64,000 nt of DNA from Fuerstiella sp. GTDB taxonomy: Bacteria > Planctomycetota > Planctomycetia > Planctomycetales > Planctomycetaceae. Below are positions 37,910 through 47,378 of the stretch, in pieces; within the stretch, counting starts at the first letter, position 1; each line of letters opens with the position of its first letter. The notes under the pieces are model-generated. The model made no database searches, had not been told where the DNA came from, and worked only from the letters and a program-made list of their open reading frames with translations. The stretch is taken from contig JBDONA010001078.1 of assembly GCA_039831575.1 (NCBI GenBank), positions 135-64,134 of the forward strand. The letters are read 5' to 3'. Both the position numbers and the translations under genes were made by a program.

Positions 37910-38980
37910 CTATTTTACCGCTGCGGGTTCAGGGTCAGTCTTCGGGGCGAACCCTCGTGCGTCCAGCACCTTCTTGCGGATCTCGATCACGGCATCCGGG
38001 TTTTCCTCAAGGAACAGGCGAGCACGGTCGCGGCCCTGCCCCAGCTTGTTCTTGCCATAACTGAACCAGCTGCCACTGCGGTCGATGATCTTGTCTTCTA
38101 CCGCCAGATCCAGCAGATCCGCTTCCATGCTGATTCCGCAGGTGTTGTACATGTCGAATTCCGCGATGCGAAACGGTGGAGCAACCTTATTCTTCACGAT
38201 CTTCGCCCGCATGCGGATACCGATCTGCACGTCTCCGTCCTTCAGCGTGGCGATACGGCGCACATCAACGCGAGCGGAACTGTAGAATTTCAGGGCACGA
38301 CCGCCGGGAGTGGTTTCCGGGCTGCCGAACATCACGCCGATCTTCTCACGAATCTGGTTGATGAAGATGACGGTCGTTTTGGATCTGGCGATGGCACCGG
38401 TCAGCTTGCGCATGGCCTGACTCATCATACGAGCCTGCAGACCCACATGATGATCACCGATTTCGCCGTCAAGTTCTGCTTTTGGCACGAGTGCGGCGAC
38501 CGAGTCAACCACAATCAGGTCGACGGCGTTCGACTTAATCAGCATTTCGGCGATCTGCAGAGCTTCTTCGCCGTAGGACGGCTGACTCACCAGCAGATCA
38601 TCAAGATTGACACCGATTTTTCGCGCCCATCCCGGATCCAGCGCGTGTTCGGCGTCAATGAATGCCGCAATACCACCTGCTTTCTGGGCACTGGCGATGA
38701 CGTGCAGCGCGAGCGTCGTTTTGCCGCTTGATTCCGGCCCGTACAATTCAATGATTCGACCACGAGGAAAACCTTGACCACCAAGGGCAATGTCCAGCGA
38801 CAGTGCGCCGGACGAAATGCCTGGAATTCCTGCCACATCCGCCGGCGAATTGAGCTTCATGATCGCGCCCTGACCGAACATTTTTTCGATCTGGCCAAGG
38901 GCATTATCCAACATTGCCTTTCCGTCACCGCCTGCCGGAGCAGCTTTGGCCGGCACGGCTTTTCCTCGTGATTTCGCCAT
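37910..38980 (-). CDS. recA: recombinase RecA
   Basis: '[17 protein letters not shown]' Walker A, '[10 protein letters not shown]', '[15 protein letters not shown]', '[17 protein letters not shown]'. Confidence 0.97.
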   Translation of the reverse strand: MAKSRGKAVPAKAAPAGGDGKAMLDNALGQIEKMFGQGAIMKLNSPADVAGIPGISSGALSLDIALGGQGFPRGRIIELYGPESSGKTTLALHVIASAQKAGGIAAFIDAEHALDPGWARKIGVNLDDLLVSQPSYGEEALQIAEMLIKSNAVDLIVVDSVAALVPKAELDGEIGDHHVGLQARMMSQAMRKLTGAIARSKTTVIFINQIREKIGVMFGSPETTPGGRALKFYSSARVDVRRIATLKDGDVQIGIRMRAKIVKNKVAPPFRIAEFDMYNTCGISMEADLLDLAVEDKIIDRSGSWFSYGKNKLGQGRDRARLFLEENPDAVIEIRKKVLDARGFAPKTDPEPAAVK

Positions 38981-39226
38981 CGTAGAAATTCCTGTCCTTC
39001 AAAATCGGTTTCGGTGTTCCCTGATCTTTACGATACCTGCGACTGCGGTAACGTAGGGGGATAACACACGACTTGCAAAAGTCGGGGGCCACAGCGAAAA
39101 AATTAGTCTGCGGCGACCAGCGGACTCAGCGTAGCAGACCACCTTCCACTTAGGAACCAATGCGAAATCGGATTCCTTCATTGCGGCGGATTGCTGCCGA
39201 CACCGGATTTTCAGTGCAAAACGCTG

Positions 39227-39541
39227 TTAGGCGTCGTTCTCAGCCAGCTTCCGGGCGATCGAACGCAGGTGGTCCCAGGTGAACAGACCGGAGTCGTGAG
39301 AGTCTGACCAACGGAATTTTAAGGCGTAGTTTCCAGTCAGTGAGACATCTTCAGGATGGATCGATTCCGGGACGTTGTTTTGGTCGAGAATCTGTCGGCC
39401 GGTGAATTCGTCCACGCACGCCGCACAACGACAGTCCTGTCTTATGGCCTTAAAAGGAATGCGAGACACATCATCGTTCGTCCAGACGAGTTCCAGAATT
39501 CCGGCGTCCTTGAGAACGCGAATGTTTTGAGGCGTTTCCAT
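39227..39541 (-). CDS. DUF971-domain protein (gamma-butyrobetaine hydroxylase N-terminal-like zinc module)
   Basis: 'LELVWTNDDVSRIPFKAIRQDCRCAACVDEFTGRQ'. Its start ATG overlaps the upstream stop by 1 nt (TAATG at 39539-39543). Confidence 0.8.
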   Translation of the reverse strand: METPQNIRVLKDAGILELVWTNDDVSRIPFKAIRQDCRCAACVDEFTGRQILDQNNVPESIHPEDVSLTGNYALKFRWSDSHDSGLFTWDHLRSIARKLAENDA

Positions 39542-39993
39542 TATTCTTCAGGCTCATCTTCTTCGGACCAATCGTCCGTAAAGGGGTCTTCCACCAGCAT
39601 TTCAACAAACTCATCCAGTGAATCGGCGATAACTTCAAAACCAACAGAGTGGTGATCGAACTGCATCACGCCAGCCACTTCCTGATCCACATCGATACAA
39701 TAATAGTCGCCTCCTCCGGTTTCGCCGATGATCATGAACTGGTCGGGCCAGAAAAAGTCCGAACCGTTCGGCTTCAGAACAGAATCAACGCGAGCTTCGC
39801 GATTGATTTCAAGAATGCACGCGGGATCACAAATCAGCTCGACGTCAGCCACAGTTCCTTCAGATGTTGAATCATCGATTGCGCGATTGATGGACTTTAG
39901 CACCTCCGGGTAGTCAAGAAGCAACCTGAGGTACTCTTCGGGCGGAACATTGCCGACCAATTCGGTAATCTGATCCAGGATTTCCGGTGTCAT
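39541..39993 (-). CDS. SMI1/KNR4 (SUKH-1) family protein
   Basis: ATG 39993 (the track starts at TTG 39996). 'FMIIGETGGGDYYCIDVDQ' core motif. Acidic C-terminus. Confidence 0.75.
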   Translation of the reverse strand: MTPEILDQITELVGNVPPEEYLRLLLDYPEVLKSINRAIDDSTSEGTVADVELICDPACILEINREARVDSVLKPNGSDFFWPDQFMIIGETGGGDYYCIDVDQEVAGVMQFDHHSVGFEVIADSLDEFVEMLVEDPFTDDWSEEDEPEE

Positions 39994-40019
39994 CAATAAA
40001 CCTGGATTACGTAAATCCG

Positions 40020-41624
40020 TTAGTCCTTGCCATAGTGTTTAATGCGTTCCCAGTACTTGTCAAAGTCAAAGTTCGGGCTGTTATCCAGGTCGTGGCACTT
40101 TTCACACATGCCCTTTTTTGCCTGCTCCAATGTCACCCGAACTTCTCGTCCGGCCGCAGCCAGATCATCGGCTTCGACCAGCTCGATGTGTCGACTGCCG
40201 GGACCGTGACAGTTTTCACATTGGCTTCCCGCCATGAGCTTGTGCAGCGTTTTCTCAGTTTCGTCAGTGGCAAACTTCTCATTCAGGAAGCCGGACTGAA
40301 ACCGAATGTACTCGTGTGCATCCCAGCCGGTGACGTGACATGCCAGGCACTCGGGGTCGAATGTACGTTTGACCCCGTGCAGGCGTTCATGCCCGATGCG
40401 CTTATTGATCGGATCCAGACTCTCAAGGGCGTGGGCGTGTCCGGTATGCTTCCACACGTCCATCGCACTTTCATGACACGTGGCACATGTGTCTGCGCCA
40501 ACAAATTTTGCTCCGGACGGATGCGGTGCTCCGACCGCATCGGCCAGAACAATCTGCTCTGACTCAAGCCGCTCCTGGTACGTCTTCATCAGCGTGATCA
40601 TGGACGGCGTATCGTCGAAGTCATCTCGTTCAAGGCTGATCAGCTTGTACCGAAACGGTGTTTCCCTGTCATTCGGGTAGACGCCAAGGACTCCCACGTA
40701 CTTCCCTTTGCGCCCCGTTTCAATTAGCAAGGTGTCGCCGAACTTCTTCGGCGGTGCCGCCGGGTCAGGGTCACCCGTTCCCTGTGCTGTCACGACCACG
40801 TCAAACTGAGGAAACTGCTGCGCAAAGGCTTCGGATTCTGTCACGCTGGCCTGCGAAAGTAACACGCGTAACTCAACATGCCTGTCGTCGAAGTCAGCCA
40901 GGACCTTTGTTAGTTCCGGTCCCGGTTCCTTCCACGTGATATCGGGATGAGGCAGAACTTCCTTCTGAAGTTCGTGCGACATCACGGACGTGATTCCGAT
41001 CTGCAGACCACCAGCTTCAACGATTGTGCTGGGGAGCGGCGTTCCAAGGTCCGCAACACCGAAGAACTCAAGGTTGGCGCCAAGGAAAGAAAGTGGGGGA
41101 AGGTGTTGGGACAGCAAATAATCCGGCTGCATTCGCAGTTCTTCGGGGCCCAGTCCGATCGCGATGTAGTTGAGTTCCCGCAGAGCCGCGAGGGTTGTTT
41201 CAAATTTAATCTGAGCCTGGCGCGACGTGCGGCGACTCAGGCCTCCAACGTCCAGTCCTCGGACTGTCCAACCTGCGTCCTTCAGCTTTCGGGCGAGGTC
41301 AGCCCTGCGGGACATTCCGCCAAGTTGACTGGAGGTGCAACCACAGGGTTCGAAGAAGCCCTGTTGTTCACCAGTCAACAGTAAGGCCAGTTGAGGCTGT
41401 GGCCACTCTTCCCAGATCGGACGTGCCGCGACAGACGTCGTGACCTCCACCGTCGATCGCGGTTCTGCCAGTGATTGTTCTGTGGTCGAACCCGTTGGAG
41501 GGGACGACGCCTCCGGTTCGTCCAGCGTTCTGGTCCGTTGATACAGGAAAATCGCCGCACAGGTGATTCCCGCCAGCAGCACGAGACGCATGGCTCCATT
41601 CTGTTTTCGTTCTGAATGGCTCAT
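40020..41624 (-). CDS. tetraheme c-type cytochrome fused to a degenerate metallophosphatase/5'-nucleotidase-like domain
   Basis: ATG 41624 ('MSHSERKQNGAMRLVLLAGITCAAIFLY'; the track start 41678 is TTG). 'LLLTGEQQGFFEPCGCTSSQLGGMSRRADL'. Four CxxCH motifs: CATCH, CLACH, CENCH, CEKCH. Confidence 0.8.
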   Translation of the reverse strand: MSHSERKQNGAMRLVLLAGITCAAIFLYQRTRTLDEPEASSPPTGSTTEQSLAEPRSTVEVTTSVAARPIWEEWPQPQLALLLTGEQQGFFEPCGCTSSQLGGMSRRADLARKLKDAGWTVRGLDVGGLSRRTSRQAQIKFETTLAALRELNYIAIGLGPEELRMQPDYLLSQHLPPLSFLGANLEFFGVADLGTPLPSTIVEAGGLQIGITSVMSHELQKEVLPHPDITWKEPGPELTKVLADFDDRHVELRVLLSQASVTESEAFAQQFPQFDVVVTAQGTGDPDPAAPPKKFGDTLLIETGRKGKYVGVLGVYPNDRETPFRYKLISLERDDFDDTPSMITLMKTYQERLESEQIVLADAVGAPHPSGAKFVGADTCATCHESAMDVWKHTGHAHALESLDPINKRIGHERLHGVKRTFDPECLACHVTGWDAHEYIRFQSGFLNEKFATDETEKTLHKLMAGSQCENCHGPGSRHIELVEADDLAAAGREVRVTLEQAKKGMCEKCHDLDNSPNFDFDKYWERIKHYGKD

Positions 41625-41789
41625 GCCGTTTTCGCCACCGCTCAATTTCGTCCAGGTCAGGAATTTCCCGTGACACAACCTTATCCACCGGGTTACAGGC
41701 CGTGAATAGCAAACTCAGACTCAACCAGCCCGCATGGACAGCGACAACAAAGTCGCTTACGCCAATTAATCACGCAGGATGGCGTTACT

Positions 41790-42974
41790 TCAAAACGCCC
41801 TGAATGACACCTTTAACTTGATCGCCTGTCCTGACGGGTGGTTCGTCTGAATGTCGACCTGGCTTGGGGACGATCGATCGCGTTCCGTGCGAGGTATCCC
41901 TGCTGGAATCCCGATAATGAGTTTGTGCCGGGACCGCTGCCCGGGAAGGACTGTCCCAGGCCCCAATTCCACTGTGACGAAACTGGGTGACGTGTCGACG
42001 GACGTCGCTACAAACGGTTCTGACATGTCTGAGGTGTCAACCAGCAGGGTCAGTTCCGCCTGTCGCCCCTTGTGCGTCGGGAATTGTCCCAGTTTCAGCC
42101 CGTTGACCGTGCTGTCGAATGTCACACCCGGTGTCGGCAGAATCTTAATCGGCCCTGCCTTGTGCGCTCTCACCGTTACCTTGATCGGTTCTTCGACTCG
42201 GTCAAGCTTTAGTACAAGACTCTCTTCCATGAATCCCGGAGGCATGTCGGGAGAAATCGCTACGTCAATCGTGTAGCCACAACTCGCCCTGTGTTCGTCC
42301 AGGATTTCCTGAGCCGCTGGTGTGACGACAGTGGAGATGTACGGAGATTCGCAGTCAATGGAAGTGATTTCGAATTTGTCAAACACACGTGAGGCAATGA
42401 ATGCCTGCATCGTTCCACCCGACTCCGTATTCAAATTGCCAACCGTCCAGGCTCCTGTGGGAAAGAGATCGAATTTTATGTCCACAATTCCAGCGACACT
42501 AAACCGGAGTTCCATGTTTTTCGGATCGTTCGTGTACACCGGACCACCGTGCTGAAACGAATCATCCTTCATCTTGCCGACCCAGCGAACCAGGAGGCTT
42601 GCCTCTTCACCCGGCCTGACCGTTGTGCTGGAAAGTTCAAAGGCCGTGCACTTGCAGGATGGTTCTCCGGCCATGAGGTGCAGATCGGCGTCTCCCTCGT
42701 TGCGGATGACAAAGGCGTGCTCCTGCTCATCACCAACCGCCATGCTGCCAAAGTTAAACGACTTTGCAGTTGTGACTGCCGCTGGCCACGGCCCCTGCTT
42801 GGAAGGTATCGGGGGTCCGCCTGAGTTATCACCGTCTTCGTGCAGAGCGGTGGCGTGATCTGAGTGGTCGTGTTTCGCGGTGTCTTGAGGGCCCGACGCA
42901 GCCTCTTCGGCACAACCGGAAATCAACACGATCCCAGGACCAAACAGGAAGACAGCAATTATCAGAATCTTCAT
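41790..42974 (-). CDS. DUF1573 (PapD/ASH-like beta-sandwich) lipoprotein
   Basis: ATG 42974 gives 'MKILIIAVFLFGPGIVLISGC' with a lipobox. 'FNFGSMAVGDEQEHAFVIRNEGDADLHL...PSCKCTAFEL'. Confidence 0.75.
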   Translation of the reverse strand: MKILIIAVFLFGPGIVLISGCAEEAASGPQDTAKHDHSDHATALHEDGDNSGGPPIPSKQGPWPAAVTTAKSFNFGSMAVGDEQEHAFVIRNEGDADLHLMAGEPSCKCTAFELSSTTVRPGEEASLLVRWVGKMKDDSFQHGGPVYTNDPKNMELRFSVAGIVDIKFDLFPTGAWTVGNLNTESGGTMQAFIASRVFDKFEITSIDCESPYISTVVTPAAQEILDEHRASCGYTIDVAISPDMPPGFMEESLVLKLDRVEEPIKVTVRAHKAGPIKILPTPGVTFDSTVNGLKLGQFPTHKGRQAELTLLVDTSDMSEPFVATSVDTSPSFVTVELGPGTVLPGQRSRHKLIIGIPAGIPRTERDRSSPSQVDIQTNHPSGQAIKLKVSFRAF

Positions 42975-43028
42975 CCCTACACCCTTTCGACCGCAATGGC
43001 CTTCCAACCCCAGCCGATGTGCCAGGAC

Positions 43029-45320
43029 TCAGTCGTCGTCGCCACTTTCCTGAATCAGCGTCAGACGTTCCAGCTTTTCCGTGGCAAGATACTGGTCGAC
43101 ATGTCCCCAACTGCGATTCACCGCGTCGATTTCGGTTGCCCTGAGCGCTGCTGTCGCGGCGTCAGTGAGCAGACCGATCTCGTACTGAAAATCAGCCAAT
43201 TCAAACCACAGTTCTGAATTCGACGGATCGCATCCGACTGCCCGCTGCAAGTCCCGATGTGCATCAACCACCAGATCATTGTCGTTGCCGCTCACACGTC
43301 GAAACGAATTTGTGACCCGACTTCGAAAATAATAACCGGTTCCGGCTCGCCGATCTGCATCAATTACGTGATTGCAACTCTCAACTACCTTATCGAAAGA
43401 CTCCCGCAGTGTGTTGCCTGGCAACTCACGACCAGTCTGCGCATATTGCGCCACAGACCGCTGAAAGTCGTACGCCAGGGTCTGCATCAGCTGTTGGCGC
43501 GAATCGACCGAAAATGGGTCCGATCCTGTAGCTCGGTTCAGGGCATCCATAGCGCCGTTTCGATCCCCCTGTGTTTTTCTAAAGTCTGCCAGGTGCAAAT
43601 AATGCTGGGAACGCTGCACAGGAATCAGTCCGGAATGTGTCGTCAACGCTGTCGCGGCAAGCAAAAGCAGCGCCGCCAGCAGGCCGAAGCAGGTTGTCAT
43701 TCCACCAACGGTCCGGACATCTGCCGTTTGCTTAACTACACCAACCGGGTGATCATCGCCGAATATCGTCAGAGCCGCCAGTAACACCAGGAACAGCCCC
43801 AGCACCGTAATCTGCAACCCGCCTGCCCCCAGCAGATGAACAAAAAGACAAACCAGTGCCGCAGACGCTGCGGATTGCGTGAAGAGTAAACACCTGGCAA
43901 TCAAGGGCGTCAGAAGACATGCCCCTACCGGCACCATCAGCAACGCATTCTCGAATCCAATTTCATCTGTCCACATGTCGGCCCCGTTGATCCAGCGCCA
44001 AAGCAGGTGCAGACACGTGCCCGCAAGAATGCCTTTCATCAATGGCCAGGGGATTTGCTGTGGACGTTTTTCGGAACGCAGATCACGACTCCGAAACTGT
44101 TTGGTCGCAGACACACAGCAAGCCAGCAGGCACACCAGACCGATCAGCCCCACCAGCCCCGCGGAACACCAGGTGTCCAGCAGGATGTTATGCGGATCCA
44201 GAATGTCTTCGCTGGATTCCACGGTCTTGTGCCGCAGGTACATCTGTCGGAAATTGCCAGGGCCCGAACCGAACACTGGGTTGTCCCTGATCACACCTGC
44301 CGCCCCGGTCCAGTACAGTAGGCGAAACTGCAGGGACCGTGGTGCCTCCAGAGCCACTTCTCTGTCAATGGCGCCCGTGGCAATGCCGATCCCTAACGTG
44401 GCCGTCACCAGAATACTTGCACCCACCGCAAACCTTGCCAGCCCTGCAGCCGACTTTCCAAACCGCTGCCGTCCGATCAGAAACATGATGCCCACAGAGC
44501 AGCCAACCCAGGCGGTTCGACTTTTTGTCAGCAACAGACAGTATGCCAACACAAATAGGCTGCCGCCGATCAGGCACCAACTGAATACTGGAATTCGAAC
44601 CTGTCGCTGCAGACCCTGCAGCAGGCCGGCGATCAACAGCACTACGGCGACAGCCAGAACACCTGACAGCGTATTCGCCAGCGCAAACGGGCCCGTGGGT
44701 TCACTACTGTCCAGCAATCGCCGTTCAAACAATTGCCGCGCGGACCCGTTCAGTGGGATTCTCAGGCGCTCGAACTCCCCCTGCAGCTGCGACCGTTTCA
44801 ATGAACTTTGAATGTCATTCGTCTGCAGTGCTGTGTCCAGTTCCGACCGTTGCTGTTGATACCATTCTGCCCGCTCAGCGAAGCTGATGTGGTGTTGCCA
44901 GACGCCAAGCGCCGCCATACCCACACCCAGACCAATGACCAACGCAACAATTGACTGCAGCGACTTCTGCTGGCGCAAGCTGCAGACGATGGTCAGAAAG
45001 ACGGCAACGATACCAGACCACTCGAAGGCCAGATTCAACGCGGCTCTCCGGTCACCGTGAACGCGAAAAACGTTCCAGGTTGATAACCAGAATCCCACCA
45101 GCAACAGAACCACGGAAACTGTTCCGGCCAGTTGGGTGCGACTATACGTGACGTTGTCCGTAGTACGGTGATGACGCAGTTTCAAGATGACGGCCACCAG
45201 CGCAGTGCCGAGCCACAGGACAGTCAGATGAAGTCCATCACCATTGATCGCACCTTCCGATGGCCAGAGTACGCTGGCCGTCATCATCATGCTGAACAGT
45301 ATGACGACGGAGTTTCTCAT
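43029..45320 (-). CDS. Wzy_C (O-antigen ligase/O-oligosaccharyltransferase family) polytopic membrane protein with C-terminal TPR region
   Basis: 'LLLTKSRTAWVGCSVG', 'NPVFGSGPGNFRQMY', 'LDPHNILLDTWCSAGLVGL'. More than 10 hydrophobic helices. C-terminal helical repeats 'HYLHLADFRKTQGDRNGAMDALNRATGSDP...'. Confidence 0.75.
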   Translation of the reverse strand: MRNSVVILFSMMMTASVLWPSEGAINGDGLHLTVLWLGTALVAVILKLRHHRTTDNVTYSRTQLAGTVSVVLLLVGFWLSTWNVFRVHGDRRAALNLAFEWSGIVAVFLTIVCSLRQQKSLQSIVALVIGLGVGMAALGVWQHHISFAERAEWYQQQRSELDTALQTNDIQSSLKRSQLQGEFERLRIPLNGSARQLFERRLLDSSEPTGPFALANTLSGVLAVAVVLLIAGLLQGLQRQVRIPVFSWCLIGGSLFVLAYCLLLTKSRTAWVGCSVGIMFLIGRQRFGKSAAGLARFAVGASILVTATLGIGIATGAIDREVALEAPRSLQFRLLYWTGAAGVIRDNPVFGSGPGNFRQMYLRHKTVESSEDILDPHNILLDTWCSAGLVGLIGLVCLLACCVSATKQFRSRDLRSEKRPQQIPWPLMKGILAGTCLHLLWRWINGADMWTDEIGFENALLMVPVGACLLTPLIARCLLFTQSAASAALVCLFVHLLGAGGLQITVLGLFLVLLAALTIFGDDHPVGVVKQTADVRTVGGMTTCFGLLAALLLLAATALTTHSGLIPVQRSQHYLHLADFRKTQGDRNGAMDALNRATGSDPFSVDSRQQLMQTLAYDFQRSVAQYAQTGRELPGNTLRESFDKVVESCNHVIDADRRAGTGYYFRSRVTNSFRRVSGNDNDLVVDAHRDLQRAVGCDPSNSELWFELADFQYEIGLLTDAATAALRATEIDAVNRSWGHVDQYLATEKLERLTLIQESGDDD

Positions 45321-45482
45321 GTGGAGCGGAATCTGAAAGGGCGTGGCGGGAAATTTATCTGCGTATTGTCAGTGTACGGAAGGTTGTCTGGCGAAAGATT
45401 TCATTCGTTCATGGAACGACAGGGTACTTCCGGATTACTGCAAAACGTTCATTTGTAAGTACCCGGTTGTGGCCATCACAAA

Positions 45483-46652
45483 TCAGGAAAGTGTCTCGTG
45501 CGATTCGTCAGGCGAAGCCTTTTCTTCTGTCATCCGATCAGGCGTTTCACAAAGGACGTCGGTGATGGAACGGCGACCGACGGTTTCCAGAATCGACACG
45601 ATGGACAGGACACAGCAGATCAGGGCGATGATCAACCATGCCCCGGTCCAGTCAGCGACCTTGTACAGCAACAGGCCGCCCAGCCCCGTCATCAAAGTGG
45701 CCAGATGAATGGTGAGAACTGCTCGAGCCGGTCGCAATCCCAGTTCCACCAGCCGGTGTGAGAAATGGCTTTTGTCACCGTGAAACGGGCTGCGTCCATC
45801 ATTCAGCCGAATCAGAATGACTGTCACAAAATCGTAGAGTGGAACAGCAAGGATACATAGCGGGGCAAGAATGACGTGCCGGCTGCCAGAGGTTTCGAAC
45901 TGATAGAACGTTCCGCTCACTGTCAGTGTTGCCAACAGAAAACCGATCAGATTACTGCCGCTGTCCCCCATGAAGATGGATGCGGGCGGACGGTTCCACC
46001 ACAGAAAACCGCTTAGTGACCCCGCCAGCAGCAGCAACCCAAACGCCACCGCCCAATGTGGTTGCGGAACCATCAACAGCAGAATCCCACCCGACAGCAG
46101 GCTGGCGATGACTCCAATGCCCGCCGACAGTCCGTCCATGTTGTCCAGAAAGTTCATCGCGTTCGTCAGCACCATGATCCATAACATCGTGATCATAATG
46201 CCAATCCAGGGTTGCGCAACAAACACTGTTGCGCGCACTCCCGCCTGCGTCACGCCGAACGCCACCAGCACCTGAACGCCAAGTCGAAGTCGCCATGAAA
46301 GGTTCCAGCGATCATCGGCCAGGCCCATCGCGAACAGTACAACGGATCCGGCGATAATCCCCAGCGTCTGCCGCCGCAGACCAGCATCGTTGCCGATGCT
46401 GGTTCGAAGTTCTTCAGGAGCCGAAGATACGTATCCGACAAGGCTGCCCCCGAAGGCCACAAGGAGTACCGGCACCAGCAAACCAAGGAACACCGCGATC
46501 CCGCCGCCCATGGGCGTCGGCGTCACATGGACTTTTCGGAGACCCGGTTGATCGACCAGACCCAGACCTGGAGCCAGCCTGCGAATCAGCGGCGTCGACA
46601 GTAGTGACGTGATAAATGCGGCACCAAATCCTGCCGCGGCAAACGTGAACAT
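45483..46652 (-). CDS. MraY/WecA-family polyprenyl-phosphate N-acetylhexosamine-1-phosphate transferase
   Basis: 'LTNAMNFLDNMDGLSAGI' signature. About 10-11 TM helices. 'IFMGDSGSNLIGF'. Confidence 0.85.
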   Translation of the reverse strand: MFTFAAAGFGAAFITSLLSTPLIRRLAPGLGLVDQPGLRKVHVTPTPMGGGIAVFLGLLVPVLLVAFGGSLVGYVSSAPEELRTSIGNDAGLRRQTLGIIAGSVVLFAMGLADDRWNLSWRLRLGVQVLVAFGVTQAGVRATVFVAQPWIGIMITMLWIMVLTNAMNFLDNMDGLSAGIGVIASLLSGGILLLMVPQPHWAVAFGLLLLAGSLSGFLWWNRPPASIFMGDSGSNLIGFLLATLTVSGTFYQFETSGSRHVILAPLCILAVPLYDFVTVILIRLNDGRSPFHGDKSHFSHRLVELGLRPARAVLTIHLATLMTGLGGLLLYKVADWTGAWLIIALICCVLSIVSILETVGRRSITDVLCETPDRMTEEKASPDESHETLS

Positions 46653-47378
46653 AACTCTGCTTTCGAATCGCCTCTACGCAACGTTGTGCTTTGAAATCCG
46701 AGATCTCTGATCCTCAATTCGAAAACAGAAATCACACTATTCGGAATTCGTCTGCCTGCTGCAGCATGGCCGTAACAGGATTCGAGCCGCGTTCTGCGGT
46801 CAACTCCAGCGGTCCCTGGGAAACGACAGGTCTGTTTCCATGGACCGCCGCAAAGGTGGGTGCGAAACGGATCATTGTCGTTCTCAGAGACTCTGATAAC
46901 TGTCCGCCCCTCAACGCGAATTCGAGCCACCGCTCGGAACGGAGAAGCTGCTGCCGCTGGTTCGTCCAGACATGTGCGCCAAACACCGCAAAGTCATAGG
47001 AAAACATCACAATCGATGACTCGATTGTAACTTCCATCCATACGCGGCATCCCGGACATTTGAAAAGGTCAAACTGGTCTTCACCGACATTCTGCGGTCA
47101 TTAGTCACACTAGGTCGTTGTAACTTTGGCCATGGTCCTGCGGCATATGAAGGTTCGATTGCAGAAAACGCCCCTGTCTTCTCCGCCGAATTGTAGTTTT
47201 TGGCAGTGTCGAACAGGTGGAGTGAGGGGCGTGGCGACAACTGCAAGGTGTTGTATGTAAAAGAGTTATGGTCAATGTTCAGATATTTGAGCATCTTGGG
47301 CGCGACACTTGCCAATACTTGTCATCAGAACGAGACACGAGTCGTTCAGCAAGAATCAAATTGAAAAGGAGAAGAGCC

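Noticed and set aside
37655-38731. 358-aa ORF antisense to almost the whole recA gene.
   Set aside because: It is a shadow ORF opposite a highly conserved gene. The translation is low-complexity and Arg/His-rich, with no start context. This is a typical artefact of GC-rich DNA.
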